A stretch of 61,731 nucleotides of DNA, counting the filler, from Dirinaria sp. TL-2023a (taxonomy: Eukaryota): NCBI GenBank assembly GCA_051941275.1. It is 9 parts of 9 records of this genome, joined end to end, with 100 filler letters (N's around TTAATTAATTAA, not from the genome) between each part and the next. Parts side by side here need not be neighbours in the genome. Positions count along the whole stretch, not along the records: positions 1 to 6,792 come from JAVEBF010001417.1; positions 6,893 to 13,683 come from JAVEBF010001418.1; 7 more parts are not named here. One strand, written 5' to 3'. Both the position numbers and the translations under genes were made by a program. A model generated the notes under the pieces. It did no database searches and had not been told where the DNA came from. It saw only the letters and a program-made list of their open reading frames with translations. This document shows, in pieces, positions 1-12,467 of the stretch. Within the stretch, counting starts at the first letter, position 1, and every line of letters begins with the position of its first letter.

Positions 1-1123
1 GTTGCTGGTCATTGTTGTTGTTGTTGTTGTTGTTTTGAGGAGCTTGGGCAGCGGGGTTGTCACGTTGCTGTGGGGGCCGGACGACGTCCTCCTCTTCAAT
101 CACCTCGACTTGGACGCCGAGCTCGAAATCCACCATGTCGCCTTCCCCGTCGTCGTGGTCGGCTTCTGCCCCATCTTCCTGCTGCGCCTCGGCATCGGCT
201 TCTTCGGCGTCTTCTGAAGCGCGGGGCTGGATTCCCTTTAACCAGGCTTTCTCATAGGGGGCCAAGACTTGCTTGTGGAAGGCGTTGTAGAGACTCCGTA
301 TGTATGGTAACGAGTACAGTGTCATCATGAAACTCGGTGGCCACATCGTCGGAACGCTTCTCGCCGGCTTGGAGCGGAATAGGAAAAGGACCGGCAGCAC
401 AGGGAGTAACCCGTCTGCAAGAGTGGTGCGGGACAGCACCAAGACGATGGGTATGAGCGATATGCTTGTCTCCAACGAAGGCAGTGAGGACGACCGACGA
501 TGGGACATGACAAGCCGGGTATAATCCGATCGGCCCATCATGATGTACAGACTGGAGCACCCATGCATATAGCAGACACCTATGAAAGCCGACAGGAAGG
601 AAGCTCCCGCCACGCCCTTCCACAGTCTCGAACTAATCCGATCAAAAGCGCGCGCCAGCTCCAAAGACAGGCTGCGCGGCTGGGCGACTTTGATATCCGC
701 CTTGCACTGCGGACACTGCACCTTCTTGGCGGCCTTGCGGTTCGGGGCCTGCAGATCGGCGACCCAGTCCAGCAGGCAGGCTTGATGCGCCGTGAGTGCG
801 CAGGGGCACGGCGACACCCATTCGCTGGTTGTGGGGTTGTCTTCGGTCTCGTCGGAGAAGCAGATCCAGCATTTTCGCGGCTCGGAGTTTGCGGGGGAAG
901 ATAATGGGGGAGGAGTCGTGGCGTCGTCGGTAGCTTTGGGAGAAGCGGGTTTAGGGGAAGTAGATCTAGGCGTGTTGACAAGTAGCGTTTGAGAGTCCTC
1001 GGAGGTGAGAGACTGGGATGAACGGCTGGGGCGGCGGTTGAGGGTGTGAGTGGGAGAAGGGGGGCTTTGCTGCGAGGAAGATGGACGTTGTGATGCAGAA
1101 GGCTGCGAAGGCAGGGACGCCAT
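1..1123 (-). CDS. RING-CH (RINGv, MARCH5-like) membrane E3 ubiquitin ligase, 3' end runs off the window
   Basis: Manual translation from ATG 1123: MASLPSQPS...EPRKCWICFSDETEDNPTTSEWVSPCPCALTAHQACLLDWVADLQAP...VQCPQCK (C4HC3 RING-CH), then hydrophobic segments (GVAGASFLSAFIGVCY; ISLIPIVLVLSRT). Not in the ORF track, consistent with the frame running off the window start. Confidence 0.85.
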   Translation of the reverse strand, partial: MASLPSQPSASQRPSSSQQSPPSPTHTLNRRPSRSSQSLTSEDSQTLLVNTPRSTSPKPASPKATDDATTPPPLSSPANSEPRKCWICFSDETEDNPTTSEWVSPCPCALTAHQACLLDWVADLQAPNRKAAKKVQCPQCKADIKVAQPRSLSLELARAFDRISSRLWKGVAGASFLSAFIGVCYMHGCSSLYIMMGRSDYTRLVMSHRRSSSLPSLETSISLIPIVLVLSRTTLADGLLPVLPVLFLFRSKPARSVPTMWPPSFMMTLYSLPYIRSLYNAFHKQVLAPYEKAWLKGIQPRASEDAEEADAEAQQEDGAEADHDDGEGDMVDFELGVQVEVIEEEDVVRPPQQRDNPAAQAPQNNNNNNNNDQQ

Positions 1124-1609
1124 TTTGATCTGAGGAGGATAAAGTGTGAAAGCGAAAGCAGGAGGGGGAGAGCCTAGAGGAGAAGAAGAAGATGCTGCTT
1201 GCTTCCTGCTTGCTTCCTGCTGTTTGAGAGGCGTATGTGGTGGTACCGGAAGGCAAATACATACCGAGGTGACCAAGGCGAACGTAGCTATCTAGGGCTG
1301 TTCTAGGGCTGATCATGAGAAATGCTGTCCAGGTCTTCGATGATGATGAGCTTCAGTAGTTTCTCTGAACTCACTGGACTCACTTTAGGCTTGATAATTC
1401 CTTGCATATCACTCGAATAGTTGTCTCTATGCCCACTGGTCCGAGTTCGCAAATACACTATGAAATGTTCAACAAATTAATAAAAAAAAAAGCTATTCAC
1501 ATCTCTAACCAATTCTGAGGCTGCTAGTAAGACGATATGATTAGGTTGTACGACATATGCCGGGTATGGTCATTGAAAAGCTAGACCAGAGCTTTCAAAA
1601 ATTGCAAAG

Positions 1610-3850
1610 ATGAATCTCACTCCTACCCGTAGATCGGGTAGGCAGCGGGTGCCGAACAAAAAATACACAAATGATCTGGTTGATGAAATCGATTTCGGGA
1701 GCTCGGAAGAGGATGAACTCCCAGAGCCAGTACCCATCAGAAGACGAAGGGACCAGCCATCTACCATTGATGAAGATTTTGACCTTGAACAAGTCGCTGA
1801 TGGGCCTGAAGTGTCTGATGAACGCCAGTCATCTGCAGAAGAACTTTCTGAAGGCTCTAGAGTAGCAACGCGGGATGACTCGGAAAATGATTCCGTCGTT
1901 GATATACTGGATTCAGGTGATGAAGCAACAAGAAAGAAGTTGGAGGCCAAAGGGCCATCAGGTGCTCACTCCAGAGGTCTGAGAGACAGGGCATTACGCG
2001 TAACTCACAGAAGTGAAGGCGTATTCGTGACCGCACTCGTTGGTGAAAACACAGACGATGTAAAGAACTTTCTCAAATGCAGAGAAAAATGGGCGGACAA
2101 TGTGACCCTGCCGTCTCAATATCCGGATCAGCGCGATTTTGGCGGTATGGCTCGACCATTCAGTCACACGTTGAAGCAGCGTAGAATGGAAGCTACGATA
2201 GGCTGGGACTGGTATTATTCAGAAGGCGGTAAAACCTTGTTTGAGACGAATCAGATAATGCGAACATTGAGCGCCGCAGAGGGCAGTGCCTATCTACCAA
2301 AGCCTATCCACAGTACTCAAAATCTCCTTATGGGCCCTTATGGCAAGCAAAAGTTGTTTTCCATCCCCTTCTTGCAATCGTTAAATATTGATCAAGCTTG
2401 GTCTCAAGCTCTTGGAACTGATACCGCCAGTCCCGACATATCCGCCTCGAAGACTACTGAGAAGCGTCAGGATGGATGGACACTAAATGTGGGTGCCAGC
2501 CTACAGTGTCTCGAATGGGCACCAAACCAATCCGCAAACACTCAGTACTTAGCGATCTCGACCTTACAAGCTAGCGCCAGTATATCAATTAATCCACCAG
2601 AGACTGCGCCGGCATATACTCCTTCCCCAGGGCCGTCTCACATCCAAGTCTGGAGGATCACAACGCAGCGCTCGGGCAGAGATCCTCATCTACCACCCGA
2701 GCTTCGTCTGATCATTTGCCATGAGTGGGGCCACGCGAAGGAGTTTAAGTGGTGTCCAACGCCGCGAGATGCACGAGAGCAAGATGCTACCCATCAATTA
2801 AATCTTGGTCTCCTGGCTGGTGTGTTCGCAGATGGCTACGTAAGGGTGCTAGATGTTTCATTGGACGAGCAATGGCAGTCGAAAACTTCCTATGTCGAAT
2901 ACAAATCCGCAGCGTTTGTCGCCAAACCTACGGATGCGATGTGCACGTGTGTGACGTGGCTGTCGGCGTCTGATATCGCGGTGGGATGCTCGAATGGCTA
3001 CGTTGCCATATGGAACATCTATCCGTTTGCACAGGCAGATAGAACGAATTCCACGGATCCGATACCCATCTCAGGAGCAATGCCAGCCCCGTACTTCTAC
3101 GAAACTATCCACAGTACTTACATTCGCACCATCGTCTCTGCTTACCCCTCTCACCCAAACCTCGTCTGCACATCGTCGTCATCAGGCTATCTTCGGCTTA
3201 CCGATATCCGCTCACCTGCCTCAGATTATGTCCTCAGCGCGCGCGTACACTGGGCTCCATCCACTATCATATACTCTGCCGCCTTGACCTGCTTCATCAC
3301 TTCTGACGAAGGAGGCATGATTAAGGGTTTGCCACTTCGCCGGTTTTGGTCCCAATTTGGCTTCGTGAAGGGCGATTCGGAAGTCACCAGCCTTGCCCTT
3401 GGCCACGTGCATACAAGTGTCCTTGTTGGCTTCGCTGACGGAACGCTCTTGGCCGCCAATCTGATGCAAAGGTTCGTCATGGGCAGAAGTAAAGCGATGT
3501 TGCAGCAAAAAGTGTGGAGGCATGAGTGGGCTCCATCAACAGTCGATGCTCCCCGCGAAGAAGCACAGGATGAAACACACAAGCATCGCCAGTCAAAGGG
3601 CACTAGCAGGATTACTGAAGGCTACAAAGTCGAGAAAGCGATCCTGGCACCCATGCACACCGATCTGAATAAAATGGAAATAGCAAGGACGGGCATTCTG
3701 CCCTACATGTACACGACAACTTACGACAAGCAGACGGCCGTGAGGCAGATAAATTGGAATCCGAATGAAGCTTGGGGCGGTTGGGCCGCTTCGGGAATGG
3801 GTAGTGGGCTGGTTAGAATCGAGAATCTAGCGGTTGGAGCGTACGGCTAG
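1610..3850 (+). CDS. TFC6: TFIIIC subunit Tfc6/GTF3C2-like WD40 protein
   Basis: 746-aa ORF; acidic N-terminus with RRSGRQRVPNKKY, then WD-like blades (LNVGASLQCLEWAP, KEFKWCP, LGLLAGVFADGYVRVLDV, VRQINWNPN..WGGWAASGMGSGLVRIENLA). Confidence 0.8.
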   Translation: MNLTPTRRSGRQRVPNKKYTNDLVDEIDFGSSEEDELPEPVPIRRRRDQPSTIDEDFDLEQVADGPEVSDERQSSAEELSEGSRVATRDDSENDSVVDILDSGDEATRKKLEAKGPSGAHSRGLRDRALRVTHRSEGVFVTALVGENTDDVKNFLKCREKWADNVTLPSQYPDQRDFGGMARPFSHTLKQRRMEATIGWDWYYSEGGKTLFETNQIMRTLSAAEGSAYLPKPIHSTQNLLMGPYGKQKLFSIPFLQSLNIDQAWSQALGTDTASPDISASKTTEKRQDGWTLNVGASLQCLEWAPNQSANTQYLAISTLQASASISINPPETAPAYTPSPGPSHIQVWRITTQRSGRDPHLPPELRLIICHEWGHAKEFKWCPTPRDAREQDATHQLNLGLLAGVFADGYVRVLDVSLDEQWQSKTSYVEYKSAAFVAKPTDAMCTCVTWLSASDIAVGCSNGYVAIWNIYPFAQADRTNSTDPIPISGAMPAPYFYETIHSTYIRTIVSAYPSHPNLVCTSSSSGYLRLTDIRSPASDYVLSARVHWAPSTIIYSAALTCFITSDEGGMIKGLPLRRFWSQFGFVKGDSEVTSLALGHVHTSVLVGFADGTLLAANLMQRFVMGRSKAMLQQKVWRHEWAPSTVDAPREEAQDETHKHRQSKGTSRITEGYKVEKAILAPMHTDLNKMEIARTGILPYMYTTTYDKQTAVRQINWNPNEAWGGWAASGMGSGLVRIENLAVGAYG

Positions 3851-4069
3851 GAGTCTACAGGATCAGTGGCAAGCCAGCAAATTCGACTGCTCTCCTGAAT
3901 TGGAAGCAGCCGAATAGATAGATCAACAAAACAGAACTTCTAAGTGATTTGAGGCGTGAGTCCTAAGGTAAGATTATCTTAGTACTACTACTGGCGTGTT
4001 TTAGGAACTCAAAGGTCGAAACGCCACTATGTCCAAGCTCTTCAAGGTTCTAACATGCTTGATGCATGA

Positions 4070-4398
4070 CATTCACTTTCTACCAAAGCCAGCCGTGCGA
4101 CAGGTTTTGACCCACTCGATCCTGAATCTTCGTATTTAGATGCAGAATTGAACGCTCACATGGTATTTCCCAGGCGTTTTCCAGTAACCTGCCAGAGCAT
4201 CTTGGCTGAAGTACGAGCTAGCTGAGCCACGTTCTGGAAGAAGGCTGTCGCGTCGCTGTTCGAAATGAGCGTCGGAATATCGAGAACAGCTGTCTGAGCC
4301 GATATGATTAAAGGAATCTGTAGTTCCGTGCATGTTCTGGCAGCTACCGAGGCTGCGGAAAAAGAGCACAATATTCCTGAGAGCACGGAGAGAAGCAT
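4070..4398 (-). pseudogene. Frameshifted remnant of a secreted alpha/beta-hydrolase-like gene (N-terminal part)
   Basis: Signal peptide + ARTCTELQIPLIISAQTAVLDIP in one frame, FSQDALAGYWKTPGKYHVSVQFC in another, then QNLSHG/GFGR. Resembles the fungal C..IPV.ISA...Y.I.A.YC...QILTHGIGFD pattern, broken by frameshifts and a stop. Confidence 0.5.
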
Positions 4399-6193
4399 AT
4401 TGGCAATCTTGAGGATGAGAAACACAAGCGTCTGTACACGTCTTATTGGACAAATCCGCTTCTAATTACGCGAGCTAAATCTAATAGAAGGTCTGAATCT
4501 CACACTACACTATCGTTACTACGAGATCCTCCAGCATGAAAATCAAGGAGCTCGGCTGTCCATACTCATCTCCCTCCATGGTGATCACCAGCATCGCCAA
4601 CCAACCACGCGTGTTTTCCTTCGCATGTGCGGCCAGCAAGACTCACTCCCTCAGGCTTTGCCTCTTTGGCCAGCCAGAGCGCGAAACTTTGCACAGGAGA
4701 TTGGTAAGAGCGCGACTATTTCTCCCGGTAGAGTAAGCCACATCACTTCAACTACGCTTTCTTGGCGAGCGTCTCAAAATATTTAGGGCCTAAGGGTCAT
4801 TAGAAGATTGAGAAATCTTTTATTTCTTCAGAAACCTCGAGCTTGCTCTCAAAACACTGAACGAAGTACTGACGTGCAAAGCATAGACATGATGGGATGA
4901 GTATCCCATGGCGAGGTCTCTGACGCATCATTCTATTCTTGCGGCTAACGGTCTTTGGACCGGTCGTGAGCTGATCGAGGAGGCTGATTATCAGAAAACC
5001 GCGAGACTAAGCTATGTGCTAAATATGTCAGCCGTAGAGTTCTACTCTATATACCGTCTAATTCGGGAATGGCGCCTACACAGCTATCGCTTTACCCCTA
5101 ACATGAAAATCTGTAAGCTGTCTGCTACCCTCAGCCGTGAAGGTCTTATGTCATACATGGGCGAATCAACAATTTCGACAGCGTTCCAAAATCAGGCGTC
5201 CAGAAACCAATGAAGTAGATAGTTCAGGATACAACCTTGGGAAAGAACCACCAGGACTTTTATTTTGCATTAGCTACTAATACAACATCCACAATCATAG
5301 AACTATAAATGTTCCTACAGGAAGCTATGAACCCATTGATGACTCTCGATTGACTCAAGGCCAGGGCCACAACTTCCAAAGGCTCTGCAACCATGTAGTG
5401 TAAGTCTTGCAAGTGCTAATGGCTTCTTGAGTCGACACATCAATATTCTTAGGCCTTTGCATGAACTTGAAGCGTATTGACGACGAAACAGCTGCTCAAT
5501 TATTAGGGGATGGACTCTCACAATATTCGATCCCATCATTACGTCCATACTACAATGAAAAAAAGTTGCGCTGATGTCAGGGCTGCATCCCTTTCGCTTA
5601 CAAGTCTTTTGCGCCTAACGCGTCTGAAATGAAGGAAACAATAAGTTGAGTGAGAATAGCTGCATCTGCTCTCACAACATCAGGGCTTTCCAGACCACGG
5701 AGTAAACTCGAAGCAATTGAATACAATAGGACGGCTCGATGCCTATTATCAACCTATTCTCATCCCAGCAGCTAACATTATAGTGAAGATAGGAAAGCTG
5801 ATTGACAATGGAACCACGTGTTGACAATATTGTCGTGGTGGTGAACTCGATATCGCGCTAAGAGACAATAGGGTATTCACGTTTCAGCAACCACACACTG
5901 ATAATAGAAGACGATAATAACAATAGCATGAGTATCAAGCCATCCATGTTCTCAATCCTATTGTCTCCATCTACGAGGTTAGCGCCCCTAAGAATCTACT
6001 ATATATTGAGCAATTTCTTCTCTCTCCCTTTCCTCTTCTTTCTTTCCTTCCGTAAATCCAATCTCTAACTCAACCTCTGCTTTCTCAATCCCAATCTTTC
6101 TCTGCACTGTGTCAGCTGGTCTGACTTTCTTTTCAAAACTCCACATCTCTCCTCGTCAACCTCTCTCTTACCCCTTTTCTCATCCGCTTCGCA

Positions 6194-6792
6194 ATGGCAC
6201 CGACAACATCCACGCCAGCCCGCCGCTCGACCCGCATCGCCAAAGCCAAAGGCGAGCCGAGTCCTCCGGAGTTCAATGCCGGGTCTGCTGCTGCCGCCGC
6301 CTCTGCCACTGCTGGCCCTTCCCAGGCCCCAAGGGGAGGCATTCGCAAGCGCCGCGCTGGCCGTGGTCGCACACTGGCCCCTGCCCGTCCTCAATCGCCG
6401 ACCGCTCGGATGACGAATCTGGATCCGCTTGCTGACCAAGGGCACCAACGGATCACCAAGACCGTCTGTGAGTCGCATTGCTCGCCCACATGGCTCCTCT
6501 CTTTCCCCCCCAAGAGTATACCAATCTAATGAAAAAAAAAGTCGAGTTCGCCGGCACCTACGACCTCGACGCCCACACCGCCGCCATCACCGTCACCGTT
6601 CCGCGCGTCTCGCTCCTGGACCGACGTCTCGCGCGGCTGTCCAGCCTCAGCCGACCCTCGCAGCTCCTGCTGCTGCACCCCCCGGAGCACGACCTCGCGC
6701 AGCGGCAGATCCGCGCCCTGCAGGCCGAAGTCAACCAGCTGAAGGCGTACTGGACGACGGGGGTGTACGGGGCGGACCGGGGCCCCGGCAAC
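6194..6792 (+). CDS. Hypothetical basic/low-complexity protein, 2 exons, truncated at contig end
   Basis: ATG 6194 after a CT-rich leader; intron 6468-6541 (GTGAGT...CTAAT...AAG) joins TKTV/F to EFAGTYDLDAH in frame; open to the linker. Confidence 0.55.
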
Positions 6793-6892
6793 NNNNNNNN
6801 NNNNNNNNNNNNNNNNNNNNNNNNNNNNNNNNNNNNTTAATTAATTAANNNNNNNNNNNNNNNNNNNNNNNNNNNNNNNNNNNNNNNNNNNN
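6793..6892. other. Artificial contig linker (N44-TTAATTAATTAA-N44)
   Basis: Exactly 100 nt, six-frame stop core, identical at 8 sites. Confidence 0.98.
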
Positions 6893-8164
6893 GGAGGAGG
6901 GGGGAGGGTAGTCGTAGAGGACGCGGCAGAAGTCGAGTTTCGAAGGGTCGATGGGCGGCTGCTGCTGCTGCTGCTGCTGGTGGTGGGGCAGGTAGCCTTG
7001 ATCTGGCAAAGGTTGGTCGTCCGGCCCGAGCACGGGGCCGAAAGGATGGTTTTGCTGATGCTGCTGCTGTTGGTGGCGCTCTTCCTCGGCGCTCTTGGCT
7101 AGGGAGCGGATGAGTTTCGTCATTAGATAGGGCAGGCCGAAGACTGCGAGGAGGAAGATTACGAAGGGTTTGCGTGAGGGTGTTGACACGCCGTTTGGAT
7201 TTGAAGGGGAGGGAGTGGAAAGTCCTTGGAAAGAGGCAAAGGCAGATGGAGTGAGTGCTGTTGCATCTGCGGGTGGAGGCCGGCCGGTGATTTTAGCGAT
7301 GAGGGTTCGCATCCAGCGGAGGAGGGTAAAGATACCGAGGATGGAGCCGAGGGTGTTGCGGAGGTTGGAGAACTGTTCGGCCACAGAGACCATTGCTATT
7401 ACATCGATGTTAGCATTTCGCAATAACAACATTGGGATTGTGTGAATAACGAAGTAAGAGGGGAAAAGTGCAGCAGAGCAGTGAGGACTAAATGACGAAA
7501 AGCAACAGCTCACCAAAGAAACTAGAATGAGTGGCCATGTAGGTGCTTTCCAGCATCTGCGCAAACCCTCCAAAGGCACCCACGAGGCTTTCAATCATCT
7601 GAAACGTAGCCTGCGTGCTATGGCTCATACTGTTCGTGAGGCTGTTGGGATCGTTAGGGTCTCCACCCATCATTCCTGGCTGACCCATGCCTCCATACAT
7701 GCCGCCCATACCTCCGTACATTGAGCCGTATCCCCCTCCATAACCACCATACATGGAGTTGCCCATTGCCCCCAAGCGGCTATAAGGCGAGGAATAAGGC
7801 GAGGAGTAATTGCCGTAAGAGCCATATCCGCCGTACGGGGACGCCCCATAGCGATTCGAGGGGTATGGAGAGTAATTTGAGGCCGTCCGGTTCACGACCG
7901 AGTTCAGTGTGGAAGGCTTTGATGGGAGTGGAGGGGGCTCTGATGTCGAAGTGGAATTGGTGGTGGCGGGCGTTGATGTCGACGTGGGATTTGCGGAGGG
8001 TATAGATGAGGTCGCTGGCGAGGGTGATAGAGCTATTTACAACTCAGCACATATTAGCAAAAGGGAAAGGCCTGGTCCGCGCATGAAGCGAGCTCGATAA
8101 ATAAGCGTTACTTACCCGTCGGTGTCCCTCGTTCCCATGGTTTCGGCGGCGATGGCGACGCCAT
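6893..8164 (-). CDS. PEX13: Peroxin-13, truncated within the SH3 domain
   Basis: Exon 1 MASPSPPKPWERG then GTAAGT; Y/G-rich region; STQATFQMIESLVGAFGGFAQMLESTYMATHSSFF|AMVSVAEQFSNLRNTLGSILGIF; KPFVIFLLAVFGLPYLMTKLIR; SH3 start LDFCRVLYDY. Confidence 0.96.
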
Positions 8165-10655
8165 CTTTCAAGCCTTTTACTTACACCCTCCACCACAGCT
8201 TCAGCAGCAATTCCTAGCGCGCAAGACTCTTCTTCATGGAAATTCTCCAGACAGAATTTAGGTCTATCCTGCAAGATGACGGGGAGGCGGATCGATACCT
8301 CCTGATCAGTATCGCGCTGACAAGCTTATCATGGACGTTGAATCTTTAAGATGCGATGCCATGTCAAAATTCCACTTTTATTGTGCTTAATTAATTTCTG
8401 TGAATTGGTGGTCATTGGTGATGCTGTTCTAGTACATGATTGAAGATTAAAGTGGCTGGCCCACAGTTCATGAAAATCCGTCAGAGTAGTATCTAATCGC
8501 CTCGAATCTACAGTGAAGCCTGAACCTCGGCACATGCTGTACTCGTAGTCTCGTACAGTGGGATTATTAGTGGCGGGGTTGTCCTATCAGCCGCAACTTC
8601 AGTAACATATCTACAGACTATCAAGGTACAGTAGGTACCTGTCACAGACATCAATTCTTTTTAATAATTTGATTCCATATAATAAGTCCATCGTTGTGGG
8701 CTCTGCTATCTACTACCGGTTTCGGTACGGACGATTTCACATTCTTTGGGCGAGCATACAAGTCATCTCAAACCACGGATCCAACTATTCATTGAGATAC
8801 CAGATTGAAGTTTGAACCCCCATGATACCGAGCCGTGGCACGAGATGGCCGACTCACAGGTGTCTGCCTGCTGGAATTTTCGACAGTGGAGACGTCAACC
8901 CAACAACAGGAGCCCAAGTCCGTCACTCGATCCAAACCATCTGGGTCTCTGAACCACATCCGGAATCTGAATGTGCAGCGGATTGGGGCATCCTTTTCAC
9001 GACAGAAGCATCTTACAATTCTAGTGCCTCTGTACTGCGAGCGGCAACCGCAGGGAATAAGAGAGGTTATAGTAAAAAGGCACTTACAGTATACGATCTT
9101 TGACTGTACGGTCTTCGACTTTGAAAGCCACGCAGGAGCCAGGCCTGCGTTCCGACCAGTTCATTTTGGACAGGCGATGCTGGTAAAGCAGCATCGGGGC
9201 GCGAACCTCAAAGGCTTTAGGTATCGTCTCTCGACGACAAATGATAATGCGACCTTCTTTGCACTGTCTCCCCCAGCACTGGCATACGTCCAATTCGACA
9301 TGAAGAGCAGGCGTACATCTGCGCTTCCGATGAATATGTGCGGTCGTTGCCTAGGCAGAAGATTGCTTTCCGTGGGCGGTTGTCTGCATTCCACTACTGC
9401 CACGGCTGTCGCATTCTCCAGTGTTGAATCTAGCAAGGGTGATATTTTAGGAATGATAAATTGGTTGCTTGGTCTATCTGCTACTACGTACGCTTATATA
9501 GACCAGTGTTCTTTGTCTTAACACTCCTCTGTTTGCAGACCTCAGTAGGTCACGTGAGCCCTTTCAACATCCAGCTAGCCAGGATTGTCAAGCGCAGAGA
9601 CACGTCGAGTCGTCAAAACCCCCGGATGCGCTGTCACCGGAAAAGGCGACAGCAAATGGCGCGATGAAGAGGTAGCGGCAGTGACATGGTACTCGTACTC
9701 GTACCATGAATGAACGATATCACGCTTGCAGTGACCTTTCATGGGAATTAAAAAATCACTAGCAGTGAAACGCCGATGCTCTGCCCAAGCTCGACCGGCA
9801 GAACACCAAGAGTTCGAGATACCCTATTAACCAGTGTGTACTTTAGTGCACCTAATAATACTAATGTACGAGGTCGTCTGTACGGTACTGTACCTGAAAG
9901 TAAGCGTACCTGACGATCTGCCCTAATGTACGCTGGGAAATTAAGGAGAAACCTCGACTTGGCGTTTGCTTGGCTCACTTGGTCACTGGCACCCCTGACC
10001 CCCCACAATAATAAACCAATCTCACCGTCTTCTCCTTACAATCATTCAACCACCACCTTCTTTTCTCGCTCCGTCAGGCACGTATCAAGTCACTCCTTTC
10101 TTGATCGCTGTGCTTTTCGTTCGTGAGAATCCAGTCTTTACAAGTCCAGTCTTTTCTCTCATCCAATCGACCAGCCCACCGTTTTACGAGGTCCGGAAGC
10201 AGTAATAGCAGTTGTTAGACCCTTCAGCAGGTATGCAGCCCAGGCCCGCCTCTATTGTTACTTCATTCACCTCTGGACCCCCGCCACCACCGTCATCTCA
10301 TTGTTGTGCGACAAAGAAGGCGACCCGACTCTTTATTGAAACTTGAGAAGCTGCTCAAAGGATCATCGTCTCGCAACTAGACTGTTGTGGATGAATTCTG
10401 CCTCGACCCTCGAAACCCCCCTTTTTCTGTCACATTAATTCCTGTCACTTGCACTCACAGTTCATCACTCTCATTCAAACCACGCTCTTTAAACACAACA
10501 CACTCATTTAGCATTTTGTGCAGACATCTCTCAACTTGTATCAGCGTTGATCGCTAACACCGAGCCTTCAGATTTATGATACACCGCTCATTTAGCATCT
10601 AATTGCAGACTTGAATTCTGACCATAGAAGAACACCACTCAGCGTCCGAACGAAG

Positions 10656-11618
10656 ATGCAGCTCTCTTATACCGCTCTGCTCATGGCGGCCTTGAGCCTG
10701 GAATGCGCTTTCGCCCAACCGGCACACCACCGACATGTACACAAGAACAGGCGGGACCTGGCGAACAACGATTGGATTAAAACAAAGGATTGGAGCGATA
10801 AATCTAATTATAATGGTGTCAATTTCAAGACTATTGACTACCATATGGGCGGTGAAAAAGCCGCTGCCACACCTGCTCCAGGTGCTCCGTCTGTACCTCA
10901 GAATGCGCCCCCCCAACCGTCTGCTGCAGCACCACCTGCTGCACCAGCTGCCCCTGACCAGCCTCCGAAGCCGGCGCAGCCCTCGAAACCCGTTTCTCCC
11001 AGTCAGCAACAGAGCGGGTCTTCGGGCGCCACAACTGGCGGTTTTGGGGGCGTATCGTCGCCAAAGGATAATGGCAATAAGGATGAGTACGTTGGCAATG
11101 TCGGCATTCCATACGGTAGCAACATGATCAAGCTGGCCAATCCCGACGATGCGCAGAACTACAAGTACAGCAATACTTTCCACAACCCAACTTCGGATTC
11201 AATCACTGTCATCGTCTGGAACAAGTCGGGCAAGGATGGTCAGCCTCAATCTGGGATGAGCCTTCCGCCAAACCTGAAATTCGACCTCGGCTCCCAGGAA
11301 TCCGTAGCAGTTGCTTTCGACGAGAATAGTCAAGTTTCTTTCGCACAGGACTGTGAGCGGGATCCCACCAAGGGCAATGTTCCCAACTGCACCTGGGGTG
11401 AGGTGGACTTTGGCGATCTACGCAATGGAGGCTGGAGTGGCTATGATCGGTCTTCAATACCAAACAGCGCCGGCAACACGGGCCTCTTGACAATTTCGTG
11501 TCAGGGAGCCGAAACCAGCAGCAAGGAGGCCAACAGCTTCACGTCAGCTGCTCAGACCAACGCCGGTGGCTCGCTTGCGCCAGGACCTGCCCATTTCCAT
11601 ACGACGATGGGAGCATGA
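10656..11618 (+). CDS. Secreted Asp f 4 allergen-like protein
   Basis: Signal peptide MQLSYTALLMAALSLECAFA, His-rich AHHRHVHKNRR, Pro/Ala linker, then YVGNVGIPYGSNMI...VAFDENSQ...TWGEVDFGDLRNGGWSGYDRSSI. Confidence 0.85.
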   Translation: MQLSYTALLMAALSLECAFAQPAHHRHVHKNRRDLANNDWIKTKDWSDKSNYNGVNFKTIDYHMGGEKAAATPAPGAPSVPQNAPPQPSAAAPPAAPAAPDQPPKPAQPSKPVSPSQQQSGSSGATTGGFGGVSSPKDNGNKDEYVGNVGIPYGSNMIKLANPDDAQNYKYSNTFHNPTSDSITVIVWNKSGKDGQPQSGMSLPPNLKFDLGSQESVAVAFDENSQVSFAQDCERDPTKGNVPNCTWGEVDFGDLRNGGWSGYDRSSIPNSAGNTGLLTISCQGAETSSKEANSFTSAAQTNAGGSLAPGPAHFHTTMGA

Positions 11619-12467
11619 TTAATCGATGCATCGAGGGTAAGGAGTGGTCTGATATTTTTGCTTGCAGAGGCTGACTCTGATACAAGCTGTATACCACCAG
11701 TATGAGGCGCATCTGCATGAAGATTTTGACTTTTCTTGGGGAGCCATTTAGGATAGGACCAAAACTCGCCATGTATATCCATTTGGTTTGCCATATTGTG
11801 TCATGGGGGGAGGCTAATGGACATTGGAGATGCAATCTAACCAAGAGCCTGGATCTACTAATCTGGCGTATCTCTGTACATCCTGTAGCTGAGGTTTGGT
11901 GAGCGTGTTCAGAATACATATTATGGTCTCTTAACTTTGTGCCTATGTTTCGTAACTCTGCACTGATTGTAGACACTTTCTGTTTGTAAAATGTTACCTC
12001 AAGGTCGACAGACTGGCTAATGATCTTTGGGCTGCAGTACGATGCAAGCCTTTGATACAGTTATTGCTCCCATACTTAAGTTTTTTTGGCCACGTTTTGT
12101 GGAAGAGGGAGGTGTCGCTGACCTAGTGGTGTGTTATGGTACTTCCTTCTATGATCCAAATACTGCTGCATCACGACATCCAGCAAATGCAAAATGTCTG
12201 CGAGCAAAAGATCAAGATAAATTCACTCTGAGCAGTGACACTGGCACCAGAAATGCTAGCGTCATTCTAGGATCGCGCGATCTTGGTTGTTATGCGAAGT
12301 GAAGATGGGGCATGTAAACAGAGCAAAGAATCACTTCTAGTCCGATCAACACCTCTGTGCTTACCCTCTTTTTTCGATTCAAATCGTGCAGATCCTATAT
12401 TCTTTGGCTCTCAAGATCACATACAGATTGTTCGAAAAACCCGTCCCTGAACCGTTGGTGTGCAATC

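Noticed and set aside
252..992. Listed short ORFs at the window start
   Set aside because: Alternative-frame or antisense shadows of the RING-CH gene.
6837..6848. TTAATTAATTAA recurring every ~6.9 kb as a biological periodic repeat or CRISPR-like array
   Set aside because: Always centred in exactly 44+44 N; it is a six-frame-stop assembly spacer.
8835..9521. 228-aa ORF between PEX13 and the Asp f 4-like gene
   Set aside because: Non-ATG start, no recognisable domain, no convincing splice structure in any frame I translated.
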